Positions 19,914 through 30,754 of a stretch of DNA of 64,000 nt are shown here, piece by piece. Each line of letters begins with the position of its first letter. Position 1 is the stretch's first letter. Origin of the DNA: a virus (taxonomy: Duplodnaviria; Caudoviricetes); the IMG/VR virus record IMGVR_UViG_3300033121_001571. One strand, written 5' to 3'. The notes below the pieces were generated by a model. That model was not told the DNA's origin and ran no database searches. It saw nothing but the letters and a program-made list of their open reading frames with translations. The position numbers and the translations under genes were made by a program.

Positions 19914-20256
19914 CCAAGAACTAGAAAAGTCTGTACAGGAAAGACTAAAAGATTTTGGTGATCTATTAAAGTCTTTGTCAAATGTAGACAGCAGATTAAA
20001 ATCTTTGTGGTTAGAAATCTATGATAACGCAATCTCAGACAGAGATAAAGCGCATAAAATGTTTGTTACAATGCTTGTCATATGTCAGACAAGTTCTTCA
20101 GAACACGCAATTCATGGTCGAAATATAACTTCTTACCTTGATAAAATGGCAAAAGCTAATGACCAGTTGTTAAAACTCTCAGAATTGATTGCAACATATT
20201 CTGAAAGTGATGATAATCTATCTGCAGATGACATTTATGCTGAATTGAAAAAATGA
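19903..20256 (+). CDS. Hypothetical helical protein
   Basis: Coupled ORF. Confidence 0.6.
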   Translation: MKDNQELEKSVQERLKDFGDLLKSLSNVDSRLKSLWLEIYDNAISDRDKAHKMFVTMLVICQTSSSEHAIHGRNITSYLDKMAKANDQLLKLSELIATYSESDDNLSADDIYAELKK

Positions 20257-21707
20257 ATACTGATTTCGACTACAATCAAATTGCACAACAACACGCAGAA
20301 GGAAAATCTGCACAAGCGCTTGATTTAAACGCAAGATATGGTTCGTTAAATAATCTTGGTTCAGCACCAATCTTTCAAAGATTTGTGGTTATTGATGTTA
20401 TTTCAGATCCTTCATCTATAGATGACACAAAATTAAATTTCTGGATCCATAACATGAATCTTATGAACCCAAAAGCAGGTGTGTCACCTCCTCGGAACTC
20501 TATTCTTGCTAAGAGAGTTCTTAATTCTGGTCTAGCTAGCGTAGACACAACTATGATCTTGTATCCATTTTTCCCTTCACACATAGCTTTACCCACAAAG
20601 CCGGGTGAACATGTCTGGGTTTTCTTTGAAAATCCTGATGCAAAACTAACAGAAATTGCATACTGGATGTGTAAAATATCGCTGCCTGCATTTGTAGAAG
20701 ATGTCAACTACACGCACGCAGATAGAACTATGGACCCGTCCTTTAATCCAGGTACTGCTGCTTTGCATAATGGATCTGCAAATCCAGTATATGAATATAG
20801 AAATGGTGCAGCAGATGAAAAAAATGGACAAAGGTTTTCTGTTGCTGATACTATCTCTATACTCGGAGATGAAAACGCTTACAAAGAACTCTTTGATAAC
20901 GCCGATGCAGAAAAAATTATCATCAAAGAACCAGTTCCTAGGTTTAAAAAAAGACCAGGCGATCTAGTACTTGAGGGTTCAAATAACTCTGTTATTGCTC
21001 TTGGCACACACAGAATTAACTCTATTGCTGATTTGACTTTTGATCAGACTAAGGGCAATATTCCTGCTTTGTCACAAACAGACAAGCAAGAAGGTTCTGC
21101 AATGATTGATATGATTGTTGGTCGCGGACAGACAACTCTCACCGGGGGATCGAAAGTAAACAACGCAACAACTTCAACATTTGAGATAGGAAAATCTAAA
21201 GATGAAGTTGTTGCAGGAGAGGGTGATCCTGATTTTGTAAATGACAAGAGCAGAATATTGTTGGGACAAAAACTTAAAGTTGATCAATTGTTTAAGCTAT
21301 CACAATTTAATTCGCAGTTTATCACTCAAGTAAGTGATTCGCAGAATGGAGATGCAGCAGTAGTACTAAAATCAGATAAAGTCAGATTGATAGCTAGATC
21401 TGACATAGAGATTCTTGTAACAAATTCAAGCGTACAAAATGGCGTCTTGACAGAATCACAAAATCCTGATGAATTTGCAGCAATAGTCATAAAAGCAAAC
21501 GGTGACATAGTTTTTAAGCCAGCTGCAAAAGGTGTTGTAAAACTTGGAGGAGATGATGCAAATCTTGCTGTTTTATGCACAAGCGTCAATAACACAGGTC
21601 AAGGCGGAATAGTCACTGCTTCTCCGATTATCGATAGCATGGCAGGAAGTCAAGGAGCTTCTGGCGGAGTTAATGGTACTTTTGCAACTAAGATTTTGTT
21701 AAAGTAA
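20253..21707 (+). CDS. Baseplate hub/spike (gp5/VgrG OB-fold-like) protein
   Basis: PTKPGEHVWVFFE, GDLVLEGSNNSVIALG; precedes gp25/gp6. Confidence 0.6.
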   Translation: MNTDFDYNQIAQQHAEGKSAQALDLNARYGSLNNLGSAPIFQRFVVIDVISDPSSIDDTKLNFWIHNMNLMNPKAGVSPPRNSILAKRVLNSGLASVDTTMILYPFFPSHIALPTKPGEHVWVFFENPDAKLTEIAYWMCKISLPAFVEDVNYTHADRTMDPSFNPGTAALHNGSANPVYEYRNGAADEKNGQRFSVADTISILGDENAYKELFDNADAEKIIIKEPVPRFKKRPGDLVLEGSNNSVIALGTHRINSIADLTFDQTKGNIPALSQTDKQEGSAMIDMIVGRGQTTLTGGSKVNNATTSTFEIGKSKDEVVAGEGDPDFVNDKSRILLGQKLKVDQLFKLSQFNSQFITQVSDSQNGDAAVVLKSDKVRLIARSDIEILVTNSSVQNGVLTESQNPDEFAAIVIKANGDIVFKPAAKGVVKLGGDDANLAVLCTSVNNTGQGGIVTASPIIDSMAGSQGASGGVNGTFATKILLK

Positions 21708-22609
21708 TGGCATCACCTTACGATAAATCACTTACATCTTTGGGTATAGTAGTGAATGGTGAGTTAGCTAAAAGCTTCAAAGATAAATTTGTAGAAGACG
21801 TTATATCTCTGTTGAAATCGGGAAATGAAGGTGGTAACGGTGGTTCTGATTCGCTAAAGATACTAAGTTCTGTTGTTCCTTTGCCACCGAGCGCGGGACC
21901 CCAGATTGGATTAGAAAACTTCTTTTGGTTTAAGCCAGATAAAAATTGGGAACTGACTGCTGAAAGATTACGTGATCCATCAAAAAGTAAGACATGGCAC
22001 GAAACGTATGTTGATTCTTTGTTAACTAAAACGACTTTATCTATGGACGTAAAGGGTTCTACACCGTTGTTTCCGATATTTGACACGTCTGTAGCATTTC
22101 CAAGTGTCAAAGGATTTCCATTGAGTATTGATGACATAGCTCTACAGCTAGACATACAACCAAGTTCTTTAGTTCTGTTAAAGCTGGCAGAGCTTAATAT
22201 CCAGATTGGATTGCCAAATATTCCTGTACCGCCTATACCCCCAGCACCTCCTAACATAGAATTAGATCCTAACGTAGAACTACCTTCATTAGTTGTGCCT
22301 AGCGTTTCACTTGAATTTATGAAACTTCCATTTTCAATATTGTCAGATCTTGTTTTCCCTCCAAACTTAAAACTTCTGACTGATTTGCCAAATCTTCCCA
22401 AGCTTGTGACAGAATTAGCATTTGACAGAGTGCTAGATATAACAGCTTCTCTAGGGCTCCAGAATGCCCTCTCAAAAACTTTTGCTGCTACAACAATAGC
22501 TTACATTAAGAATATTGTTGGGATGCTCTGTGTGAACGTGGTGAGCATGCTCGCTGGTTCTGGCGGCGCTATGGCAAACTCTGTTGCGTTAGCTACTGGT
22601 TTGTTGTGA
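21707..22609 (+). CDS. Pro-rich hypothetical protein, probably structural
   Basis: Located in the baseplate operon. Confidence 0.55.
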   Translation: MASPYDKSLTSLGIVVNGELAKSFKDKFVEDVISLLKSGNEGGNGGSDSLKILSSVVPLPPSAGPQIGLENFFWFKPDKNWELTAERLRDPSKSKTWHETYVDSLLTKTTLSMDVKGSTPLFPIFDTSVAFPSVKGFPLSIDDIALQLDIQPSSLVLLKLAELNIQIGLPNIPVPPIPPAPPNIELDPNVELPSLVVPSVSLEFMKLPFSILSDLVFPPNLKLLTDLPNLPKLVTELAFDRVLDITASLGLQNALSKTFAATTIAYIKNIVGMLCVNVVSMLAGSGGAMANSVALATGLL

Positions 22610-22628
22610 TAATCACATAGTTACAGTT

Positions 22629-23090
22629 GTGAGTTATTCATTTAAGAGTTCAGGAAAAACCGTAACAACAACTAACGATGAAAAGCTATCTGAAACAACA
22701 GTACCCGTAGGATTTGCTACTCCGTTATCTCTTGGTACAACAGCGCTATTTAAGATGAATTATACGCTTGCAGCGCAAGTACACGACAACTTAAAAAACT
22801 TATTGCTCACAAATTTTGGTGAAAGATTGTGTCAATATAACTTTGGCGCTAACTTGAAAGAATTAGTGTCAGAATACACGTCACAAGATGATTTTGATAC
22901 TGAAGCTATAAACAGAATCAAAACTGCAGTTTCTAGTTGGATGCCATATGTTGATCTTGAAAACTTTAGCTCTGATGTTGATAGATTCAACAACACAAAC
23001 ACTGCTATCATTACAATTACTATCACTTACAACGTACCTTCTTTGAACGTTTTTGGAAAGAAACTAGAGATAAACTTGTACGCTATGTAA
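22629..23090 (+). CDS. Baseplate wedge protein, gp25/GPW family
   Basis: NLKNLLLTNFGERLCQYNFGANL...AVSSWMPYV. Confidence 0.9.
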   Translation: MSYSFKSSGKTVTTTNDEKLSETTVPVGFATPLSLGTTALFKMNYTLAAQVHDNLKNLLLTNFGERLCQYNFGANLKELVSEYTSQDDFDTEAINRIKTAVSSWMPYVDLENFSSDVDRFNNTNTAIITITITYNVPSLNVFGKKLEINLYAM

Positions 23091-23110
23091 CGACATTTTA
23101 TTTAGACTCG

Positions 23111-24952
23111 ATGGTAGTCGCACGTGAAGATCTAAAGTTTGTACGTCAAAGGAGGTATCTGGCAAAAGATTTCAATTCTTTGAGATCTGTGTTATTAGAG
23201 TATGCTAGACAATACTATCCTGATAAAATTCGAGATTTTTCAGAATCATCAGTTGGTGGGTTGTTATTAGACCTCGCAGCAGCAGTTGGAGACAATTTAT
23301 CATTTTACTTAGACCACCAATTTGGTGAATTAGATCCTGACACTGCCGTCGAAACAAGTAACATAGAGAGATCTTTGATCGCTGAGGGTGTTAACATATC
23401 TGGTGCGGCGCCCGCAGTAGTAGCAGAAACATTTTACATAGAAGTACCTGCAGAAACTGTCAATGGTAAGATTTCGCCGTCGCCTAGTGCTTTACCGATC
23501 ATTCAATACGGAACAATTGTAACATCAGACAACGGTGTTCAATTTACGCTTGTAGAAGACGTTGATTTCAACAAAAAAAATGCAAGTGGTGAATATGTTG
23601 CAGAGACAAGAATTGCAACCAAGGCTTCAAATGTTCCAACTACATTTACGATGGCAGCTAGCGGTTTGTGTATATCTGGAAAAGAAATCACAGAAACATT
23701 TGTTATTGGATCAACATTTGTTCCATTTAGACAATTAACACTATCTAATCCAAACGTTTCTGAAATTATTTCTGTTACTGATTCTTATGGAAACACTTAC
23801 TACAACGTGTCTGCACTAACAGAAGATGTTGTGTATAGAAACGTACTTAACACTAACAAAGACTCTGATTTAGTGCGGGATGCAATCAAGGTTGTACCTG
23901 CACCATATCGTTACACTGCTAAAACAAATCTTTCTGATAGAAAAACTGTTTTAACATTTGGTGGTGGGTCGGCAAATTCTCTACAAGACGATATTATTCC
24001 CGATCCTTCTGATTTTGCAGTTTCATTTCCTTACTCTAGAACGTTTTCTAGATCTGCATTGAATCCAAACCAATTGCTTCAAACAAACACGCTTGGCATT
24101 GCAAGCGTAGACACAACAATCACTATAACATACAGATATGGCGGAGGATTAGACCACAACGTTCCAGCTGATACTATCAAATCTATCACAACGTTAAAGA
24201 TGTTTTTTCCAAATTCTCCATCGCAAGCGGTAGCTGCAACAGTTAAGAACAAATTAGAAGCAAACAACACTCTTAAATCTTATGGTGGTGATGATGCACT
24301 AGACGTTGATGGATTAAAAGCTCTGATCCCAGCAGCTAAAAATGCACAATCTAGAATTGTGTCAAAACCTGATGTTTTAGCTAGAATATACACGATGCCA
24401 TCTAATTTTGGAAGAGTGTTTCGCGCAAGCATTCGTTCAAATCCAAATAATCCTTTAGCAACTCAGCTTTATGTTTTGTCACGAGACGAAGATTCAAGAT
24501 TAATCACAAGTCCTGATACGTTAAAGAAAAATTTGAAAACATATCTTAACCCATATAGAATGATAAGTGATGCTATTGATATTCTTGATGGCAAGATCAT
24601 TAATTTACAACTTAACTTTGAAATAAACGTTGATCCAACAATCACAAAATCAACTGTGTTACAGACGTGTTTAGTCAGACTCAAAGATTATTTTGACATC
24701 AAAAAATTCAACATTGATCAACCAATAGTGATTGATGAAGTACAAAATTTACTTTATACTACGCCAGGCGTACTAGGAGTGACAAATATCAAGTTTGTGA
24801 ACTTGATGAATTCATACAATGGAAGATCTTACAGTGATATAAGTTATGATGTGACTTCAAACACCTACAAGAGAATGTTGTTACCACCCCCAGGTGCAAT
24901 ATTTGAAATCAAATATCCAGAATATGATATAATCGGTAGATCTACGATGTAA
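23111..24952 (+). CDS. Baseplate wedge subunit (T4 gp6 / baseplate J-like)
   Basis: YLAKDFNSLR...DFSESSVG..LDLAAAVGDNLSFYLD; ITYRYGGG; AQSRIVSKPD. Confidence 0.88.
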   Translation: MVVAREDLKFVRQRRYLAKDFNSLRSVLLEYARQYYPDKIRDFSESSVGGLLLDLAAAVGDNLSFYLDHQFGELDPDTAVETSNIERSLIAEGVNISGAAPAVVAETFYIEVPAETVNGKISPSPSALPIIQYGTIVTSDNGVQFTLVEDVDFNKKNASGEYVAETRIATKASNVPTTFTMAASGLCISGKEITETFVIGSTFVPFRQLTLSNPNVSEIISVTDSYGNTYYNVSALTEDVVYRNVLNTNKDSDLVRDAIKVVPAPYRYTAKTNLSDRKTVLTFGGGSANSLQDDIIPDPSDFAVSFPYSRTFSRSALNPNQLLQTNTLGIASVDTTITITYRYGGGLDHNVPADTIKSITTLKMFFPNSPSQAVAATVKNKLEANNTLKSYGGDDALDVDGLKALIPAAKNAQSRIVSKPDVLARIYTMPSNFGRVFRASIRSNPNNPLATQLYVLSRDEDSRLITSPDTLKKNLKTYLNPYRMISDAIDILDGKIINLQLNFEINVDPTITKSTVLQTCLVRLKDYFDIKKFNIDQPIVIDEVQNLLYTTPGVLGVTNIKFVNLMNSYNGRSYSDISYDVTSNTYKRMLLPPPGAIFEIKYPEYDIIGRSTM

Positions 24953-24963
24953 GGAAAGTAAAT

Positions 24964-26484
24964 TTGATCAAGGTAATTGGCGCAAACAAAGACTCTTATA
25001 TCACTGACAAATTTGTTAAAGGTACAAGGGTTACGGGATCTAACGTTGGTAACGCAGCAACTTTAGATCTGTTTAAACTTTATGATGTAACTTCTTCTGG
25101 TTCTACGGCTTTGACTGAGCTCTCAAGAATCTTGATCCATTTTGATCTTTCAACTATTGCATCTCTTTATGAGAGTAGGCAGATTGATATCACCAACGGC
25201 ACATTTAACGTTAAGTTAAAGTTGTTTGATGTCTATGGTGGACAACCAACACCAAATAACTTCGTAGTGAACTTATATCCACTGTCAAAATCATTTGACG
25301 AAGGTATTGGTAGAGATATTGCTTATTTCAGTGATAAAGATGTTTGTAATTTTATGAGTGCATCTAGAGTATCTGGATCTTGGTTTATGTCTGGCTGTGC
25401 AATGTCAGGTGGACTCCCTGGACAAAATGGTCTTATTGATTATATTACAGCTTCATCTTATGTAAATGGCGGACAATCTTTGCTTAAACAACAAACATTT
25501 GTTACTGGTGAAGAAGATCTAGAGTTAGATGTAACTCAGATCGTGTCTGCAACTCTTGTTGGTTTGCTACCTGATAGTGGATTTAGAATCTCGTATGCAG
25601 ATTCACATGAAACAGATCAGAGAACATACTTTGTGAAGAGATTTGCAGCAAAAAATGCTTATGATTATTCAAAACGCCCACAACTTATCATGAAGTACGA
25701 TGATTCAATACAAGATGACTCTTTATCACTTTCTACAGACATATCTGGTACATTGGTGTTTTACAACTATGGCGTAAGTGGTTTAGAAAACTTAATGTCT
25801 GGAACTTCTGTGATCACAGGTAGTAACTGCGTTCTTTTACACCTTCGAACAGAAGTATCAGGAGGTTATCAAGAGTATGTTTTCACTGGATCACAACACA
25901 AAACAGGACAATATTACGTTAGCGGAGTGTACTCTTCATCAGTTTATCTTTCATCATTGAATTCTTCAATACGAAGATTGTTAAATGAATCTGGTTCTGT
26001 CAAACTTACGCCAATCTGGAGCTCATTAGATAATACTGTACCTTTCTTGACTGCAAGTAAAGTGTACTTGTTTGACAACAAAAAATCTACAACTCTTATA
26101 TCGCAAAAAGCTTATGTTGTGAACGTTCACAACGTCAAAGAACGTTACAGTCCAGATGAACAAACTATTTTTAGAGTGAACGTTTTTGACAAATCATCAC
26201 CATCTTTGTTTTGGACTAAACTTCCAATAGAACACTCTGGAGTCTCTGTTAGAGACATGCATTATTGTATAAAGGATGCAACAACTAGAGAAACAATCAT
26301 ATCTTATGATACAGTCTACAACAGCACAAAATTGTCTAGCGACACCAAGGGCATGTTTTTCAAATTTGACATGTCTTCACTTCCTAAAAACAGAACATAT
26401 GTAATTGAATTAATGTCCGTTAGGGGTACAGAAAGAACTGTTTTCCAAGAAGTAGGACAGATCTTTAGAGTTTCAGAACAATAA
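24964..26484 (+). CDS. Putative virion structural (baseplate-associated) protein
   Basis: KDSYI, SRILIHFDL, RPQLIMKYDDS; gene context. Confidence 0.65.
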   Translation: MIKVIGANKDSYITDKFVKGTRVTGSNVGNAATLDLFKLYDVTSSGSTALTELSRILIHFDLSTIASLYESRQIDITNGTFNVKLKLFDVYGGQPTPNNFVVNLYPLSKSFDEGIGRDIAYFSDKDVCNFMSASRVSGSWFMSGCAMSGGLPGQNGLIDYITASSYVNGGQSLLKQQTFVTGEEDLELDVTQIVSATLVGLLPDSGFRISYADSHETDQRTYFVKRFAAKNAYDYSKRPQLIMKYDDSIQDDSLSLSTDISGTLVFYNYGVSGLENLMSGTSVITGSNCVLLHLRTEVSGGYQEYVFTGSQHKTGQYYVSGVYSSSVYLSSLNSSIRRLLNESGSVKLTPIWSSLDNTVPFLTASKVYLFDNKKSTTLISQKAYVVNVHNVKERYSPDEQTIFRVNVFDKSSPSLFWTKLPIEHSGVSVRDMHYCIKDATTRETIISYDTVYNSTKLSSDTKGMFFKFDMSSLPKNRTYVIELMSVRGTERTVFQEVGQIFRVSEQ

Positions 26485-29400
26485 TGGCAATTAAGAAAGT
26501 TAGTGAATTTGCGATTCCTTCGTTTTTACGCTCTGCGTTAAGCGAAAACAGAGCTATTCAGATGACATTGAAGGATATTGTGCGTACAAATGCTGAAAGT
26601 TCATCATCATTCATTTATGAACCCATTGATTATCCACTAAAATCAACTCAACAAGTCAATGTTGATTGGTCAAAATTTGAAAACCACACGTTTTTTATGT
26701 CTGCACAAGCAAAAACAAACATTGCTTTTGATCAGATCATTAACGGATATCCATTTGATGGCACACAAAAAGAAGTAGAAAGTTTCTATGATAGATTAAG
26801 TGGATTTGACAAGTGGGTTTATGATCAGTTTCCAAAATTCAAAGGACAACTGATGTTTTCTGGCACAACTTTATCAGAAACTAGTCCATCATATGGAACG
26901 TATATTTCAGTCAAAGATTATGCAGGTTCTCTATTCCCTGAATTATCAAAAAACAAGAGTGGTGACAGTGTTCTAAATCCAAAAGACACATCTATGAGCG
27001 TGGAAATGCAAATTTACGTTCCTCAGATCTATACCAGCGGTACGCAAGTAGTATTTCAAAAAATATCTGGAAGCACGCAAGGATTTTGTTATTATTTGTT
27101 GCCAACGTCATCTATAACGTCAGTAGACAGCAGGTTCAGCGTTTTTTCTAGTTCTTACAACATGAACGTGACTGCACAGTTAACAAAAGGTGCGTTTAAT
27201 CACGTTTGTTTAGTCTGGGACAGAGATAATCAACCAAACTCTTTGTTGTTTTATCTAAATGGAGAATTAGTTTCATCTTCAAGCACCAGTTCTCAACTTC
27301 AAAATTTATACATTGACAACGTAGATCTTGTTCTTGGTTCTGGTAGCAGTTTTACAACTGATTTAGTTGTGACTCCGTTGCAAACGTTATCTGCTACGCT
27401 TGATGAGTTTCGTTTGTGGCATTCATATCGACACTTGACACAAATTAAACAATACAGAAGAAGAAGTGTTTATGCAGATGATGATCTAAAACTCTATCTA
27501 AGATTTAACGAACCAAGACCTTTGTTGACTTCAAATTTATCTGACGCTATCAATTCAATCGTTATTGATAGTTCAGGTAACAGTCTTCACAGTTTGATCA
27601 CAAATTTTACAGGAACACTTAGACAAGATGCATCTATTGATGCAACATCACAATTAAATCTTGAAAGAGAAGACACCTGTCCAGTTTTGTTTCCTGCGCA
27701 CGAAGAAGTAGTTGATCTTAACTCAACACTGTTAACTTCAGCTTCTTTATATGATGATGCAAATCCAAATCTCATCACAAAATTAATACCACAACACTAC
27801 CTGTTAGAAGGTGCTGTTGCAGATGGATTTGAAAATATTGATGAGCAATCAGCTTATTCTGGTGAAGGCATACCTGGGCAGGGAAAAATTTCTAACGTTC
27901 AATTGTTACTATCTGTCATTTACACTTGGGCAAGGTTTTTTGATGACATCAAACTTTACGTTGATTCTTTCAGCACCTTAAAATCTGTTGGATATGACAC
28001 TAACAACACTATACCAGATAATTTCTTGCATTTCTTAATGAAAAATTTTGGGTTTAAATTTCCAGAGTTATTTAGAGATTCTACAATTTCACAATATGTT
28101 TATGGTGAAGACGTTGATTCTGATTACAGCCTTGATCAATATTCAACTAGATATGTTCACAGTCAACTAATACGTAGGATTCTGACAAATATCGGTGATA
28201 TCATCAGATCAAAAGGAACGTTACACAGCGTTAAAGCATTTTTACGTAGTGTAGGCGTCGATCCAGATAACACTCTAAGAATAAGAGAACACGGCGGCCC
28301 GACGTCTAGAGCACTAACGTATGCTAAAAATTTCAAACACGAAATTGGTTCTATGGTTAAGTTTGCAACATCATCGTTAGTAATTTCTCCATATCTGTCT
28401 TCTTCTAGAGTAGAACCGGGTGTTCCTTTGATTGCAGGAACATTTGTCAAACATTCACTTTTCCCGCCAGCTGGAGTTTCTAACAATATCTCTGATGGTT
28501 TATTAACATCTGGTTCTTGGACAATTGAAACAACTTTCAAATACACGCAAGAACAAGTTTATGCAATGACAAATACTACACAGAGTTTACTACGCACATG
28601 TGTCACGGGTTCTTCAACTAACGGTTTAGGATTAACGTCAAATGTGTTGTTAGTATCAGGAGCTCAGACTCCAAAAATCTGTCTGTGGTTACGCCCAGGT
28701 ACTTCTACAAATTCTCCGTTATTGAACATGACACTATCGTTACCAACATCTAGTGTTTTCAATAATGACAAATGGAGTGTTTGTTACGGTGTGCAAAGAG
28801 CAGATTCTTTAACGGCAAATTCTTCTTCTTATTTCTTGAGAATTGCATCACAGAACAACGGTGAAATTCAATATTATTCTTCAACATCTTCGTTCTTTAA
28901 CGAATTCAATTCATCAACTGATTTTAATGCTTTTAGAATTCTAAGCTCAACGTTTAACGCATCAGGAACATTTGTAGCAATTGGTTCAAATCAAACAGTG
29001 CCAGTAGGTTCGAACTATTTGTACTTAAATTCATCGTCTATATCTTCAGAAGCAAGAGTCACCACTTTTGATGGACACATGTCTAATTTACGTTTTTATT
29101 CCAAAGCTTTAACAGAAGATGAATGGAAAGCACACGTTCTTGATTTTAGATCAACAGGCGTTACAGATCCTCTAAAGAACTGGAATTATGGAAAAGCAGA
29201 GTCAGGTTCATACGAAAGATTACGAATAAACTCTCTAAATAAGCAGCAAACGCTTAGAGCAAATGCAACCGCTAGTTTAGGAACGTTAGGTTCTATTTTG
29301 TTTGTAGACCACAGTCAGAATGGGTTGCACTTAACAGGTAGCGGATTTCCAATTGAAGAAGACTGTGTGAAACCAGAGATATTTGATGTGAAATTTAATT

Positions 29401-29954
29401 CAGCCTTGTTTGATGAGAGCGCTACAGATGAAAAAATAAGAATTCGGTCTTTCTCTGACATTAGAAATATAAGTGAACATGATTGGGCAGTTGAAGCCCC
29501 CGTTCATGAAATTGTAAAGAGTGAAGAGCCAACTGATTCTATAGATTTTTCTATTGAGTTATCTCTAATTGAAACTCTTAACCGAGACATTATGACTGTG
29601 TTTTCAGAACTAGATGAATTAAGCAACATGATTGGAGATCCTGCATTATCATCATCACCTGATTATCCAGATTTAGAAAATCTTCGTAACATCTATTTTA
29701 ACAGAATAGGTGAGAAATTGAACTTTAAAGCATTTTTTGAATTCTACAAATGGATCACTATGTCTGTAAGCAGCTTCATTGATCAGTTGTTACCTCATAA
29801 AACAAATTACAGAGGAATTAACTCAGTGATAGAGTCGCACGTATTAGAGAGACACAAAATAACGTACACAAATGAATCGTTAGTATCAGAAAATGCAAGA
29901 GGTAGGTTGGACGCAATGTTGTTAACAACTATAGATGGTGCGGTGAATAAATGA
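26484..29954 (+). CDS. Large structural protein with LamG/ConA-like domains
   Basis: FNHVCLVWD...FYLNGEL...LDEFRLW; IIRSKGT baseplate-type motif. Confidence 0.7.
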   Translation: MAIKKVSEFAIPSFLRSALSENRAIQMTLKDIVRTNAESSSSFIYEPIDYPLKSTQQVNVDWSKFENHTFFMSAQAKTNIAFDQIINGYPFDGTQKEVESFYDRLSGFDKWVYDQFPKFKGQLMFSGTTLSETSPSYGTYISVKDYAGSLFPELSKNKSGDSVLNPKDTSMSVEMQIYVPQIYTSGTQVVFQKISGSTQGFCYYLLPTSSITSVDSRFSVFSSSYNMNVTAQLTKGAFNHVCLVWDRDNQPNSLLFYLNGELVSSSSTSSQLQNLYIDNVDLVLGSGSSFTTDLVVTPLQTLSATLDEFRLWHSYRHLTQIKQYRRRSVYADDDLKLYLRFNEPRPLLTSNLSDAINSIVIDSSGNSLHSLITNFTGTLRQDASIDATSQLNLEREDTCPVLFPAHEEVVDLNSTLLTSASLYDDANPNLITKLIPQHYLLEGAVADGFENIDEQSAYSGEGIPGQGKISNVQLLLSVIYTWARFFDDIKLYVDSFSTLKSVGYDTNNTIPDNFLHFLMKNFGFKFPELFRDSTISQYVYGEDVDSDYSLDQYSTRYVHSQLIRRILTNIGDIIRSKGTLHSVKAFLRSVGVDPDNTLRIREHGGPTSRALTYAKNFKHEIGSMVKFATSSLVISPYLSSSRVEPGVPLIAGTFVKHSLFPPAGVSNNISDGLLTSGSWTIETTFKYTQEQVYAMTNTTQSLLRTCVTGSSTNGLGLTSNVLLVSGAQTPKICLWLRPGTSTNSPLLNMTLSLPTSSVFNNDKWSVCYGVQRADSLTANSSSYFLRIASQNNGEIQYYSSTSSFFNEFNSSTDFNAFRILSSTFNASGTFVAIGSNQTVPVGSNYLYLNSSSISSEARVTTFDGHMSNLRFYSKALTEDEWKAHVLDFRSTGVTDPLKNWNYGKAESGSYERLRINSLNKQQTLRANATASLGTLGSILFVDHSQNGLHLTGSGFPIEEDCVKPEIFDVKFNSALFDESATDEKIRIRSFSDIRNISEHDWAVEAPVHEIVKSEEPTDSIDFSIELSLIETLNRDIMTVFSELDELSNMIGDPALSSSPDYPDLENLRNIYFNRIGEKLNFKAFFEFYKWITMSVSSFIDQLLPHKTNYRGINSVIESHVLERHKITYTNESLVSENARGRLDAMLLTTIDGAVNK

Positions 29955-30754
29955 GTGATTTTTTCTTTGATCATGCGACAAATGATGTCATTCCATATGT
30001 TGAATCTGAAAAAAGTATCTCTAGATCGATCTATTCTAGCAGCATTGACACTAGTGAAATCGATTCATATAGACAGGGTGTTGAGATCACTTCTGACAAG
30101 TATTCAAGAGGTAACGTAGTAAAAATTCACTCTGGTGAACCTGGGCACAGACTTAGTAATTCAAATTTAGGACAAGACACAAATGCAAACCATCAATTAG
30201 GAACAAGGTGGTTTGTTGATAATGAAAAATTTTCTGCCTCTAGTTACGTTGCTGGTTCTGGTAGTTTTTTAACTTACCCTTTTACACACTTAGATGGTGA
30301 GTGGGTTGATGATGGAATTATTGAACCCTTTATGATAAGAGACAAAATAACTATTTCATACATCGATAGTCCGTTTATTGCTAACGATGTAAAAGGTGCA
30401 GTGATGGATGGTAACGAAGATGTTTTCGGTAGAACAGATTCTGTTGTTATCTCTTATGTTATTGATACAAATAACGTCAATAAAGCATTTTTAGATGGAC
30501 AATTTCAAACGTATGGGTCAAGTTCGATGGGAGGTTATGTAAACAACGAGTATGCAAGTATTAAGTTTTTTAGTGATGCTAGATATGTAAGAAACATAGT
30601 GACTGGTTCAACGTATAGTTCAGATATGATATCAGCGTTAAGTCCAATGACTGGTTCTACAGAAAATGGTGTTCAAGGTAATGAGCGTTACGGTGCAACT
30701 GGTTGGAGTAACGTTGAAAGAACATCTGTTACGTATGAAGGATTGGTGTTCTAA
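29951..30754 (+). CDS. Hypothetical structural protein
   Basis: Coupled ORF in the structural operon. Confidence 0.6.
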   Translation: MSDFFFDHATNDVIPYVESEKSISRSIYSSSIDTSEIDSYRQGVEITSDKYSRGNVVKIHSGEPGHRLSNSNLGQDTNANHQLGTRWFVDNEKFSASSYVAGSGSFLTYPFTHLDGEWVDDGIIEPFMIRDKITISYIDSPFIANDVKGAVMDGNEDVFGRTDSVVISYVIDTNNVNKAFLDGQFQTYGSSSMGGYVNNEYASIKFFSDARYVRNIVTGSTYSSDMISALSPMTGSTENGVQGNERYGATGWSNVERTSVTYEGLVF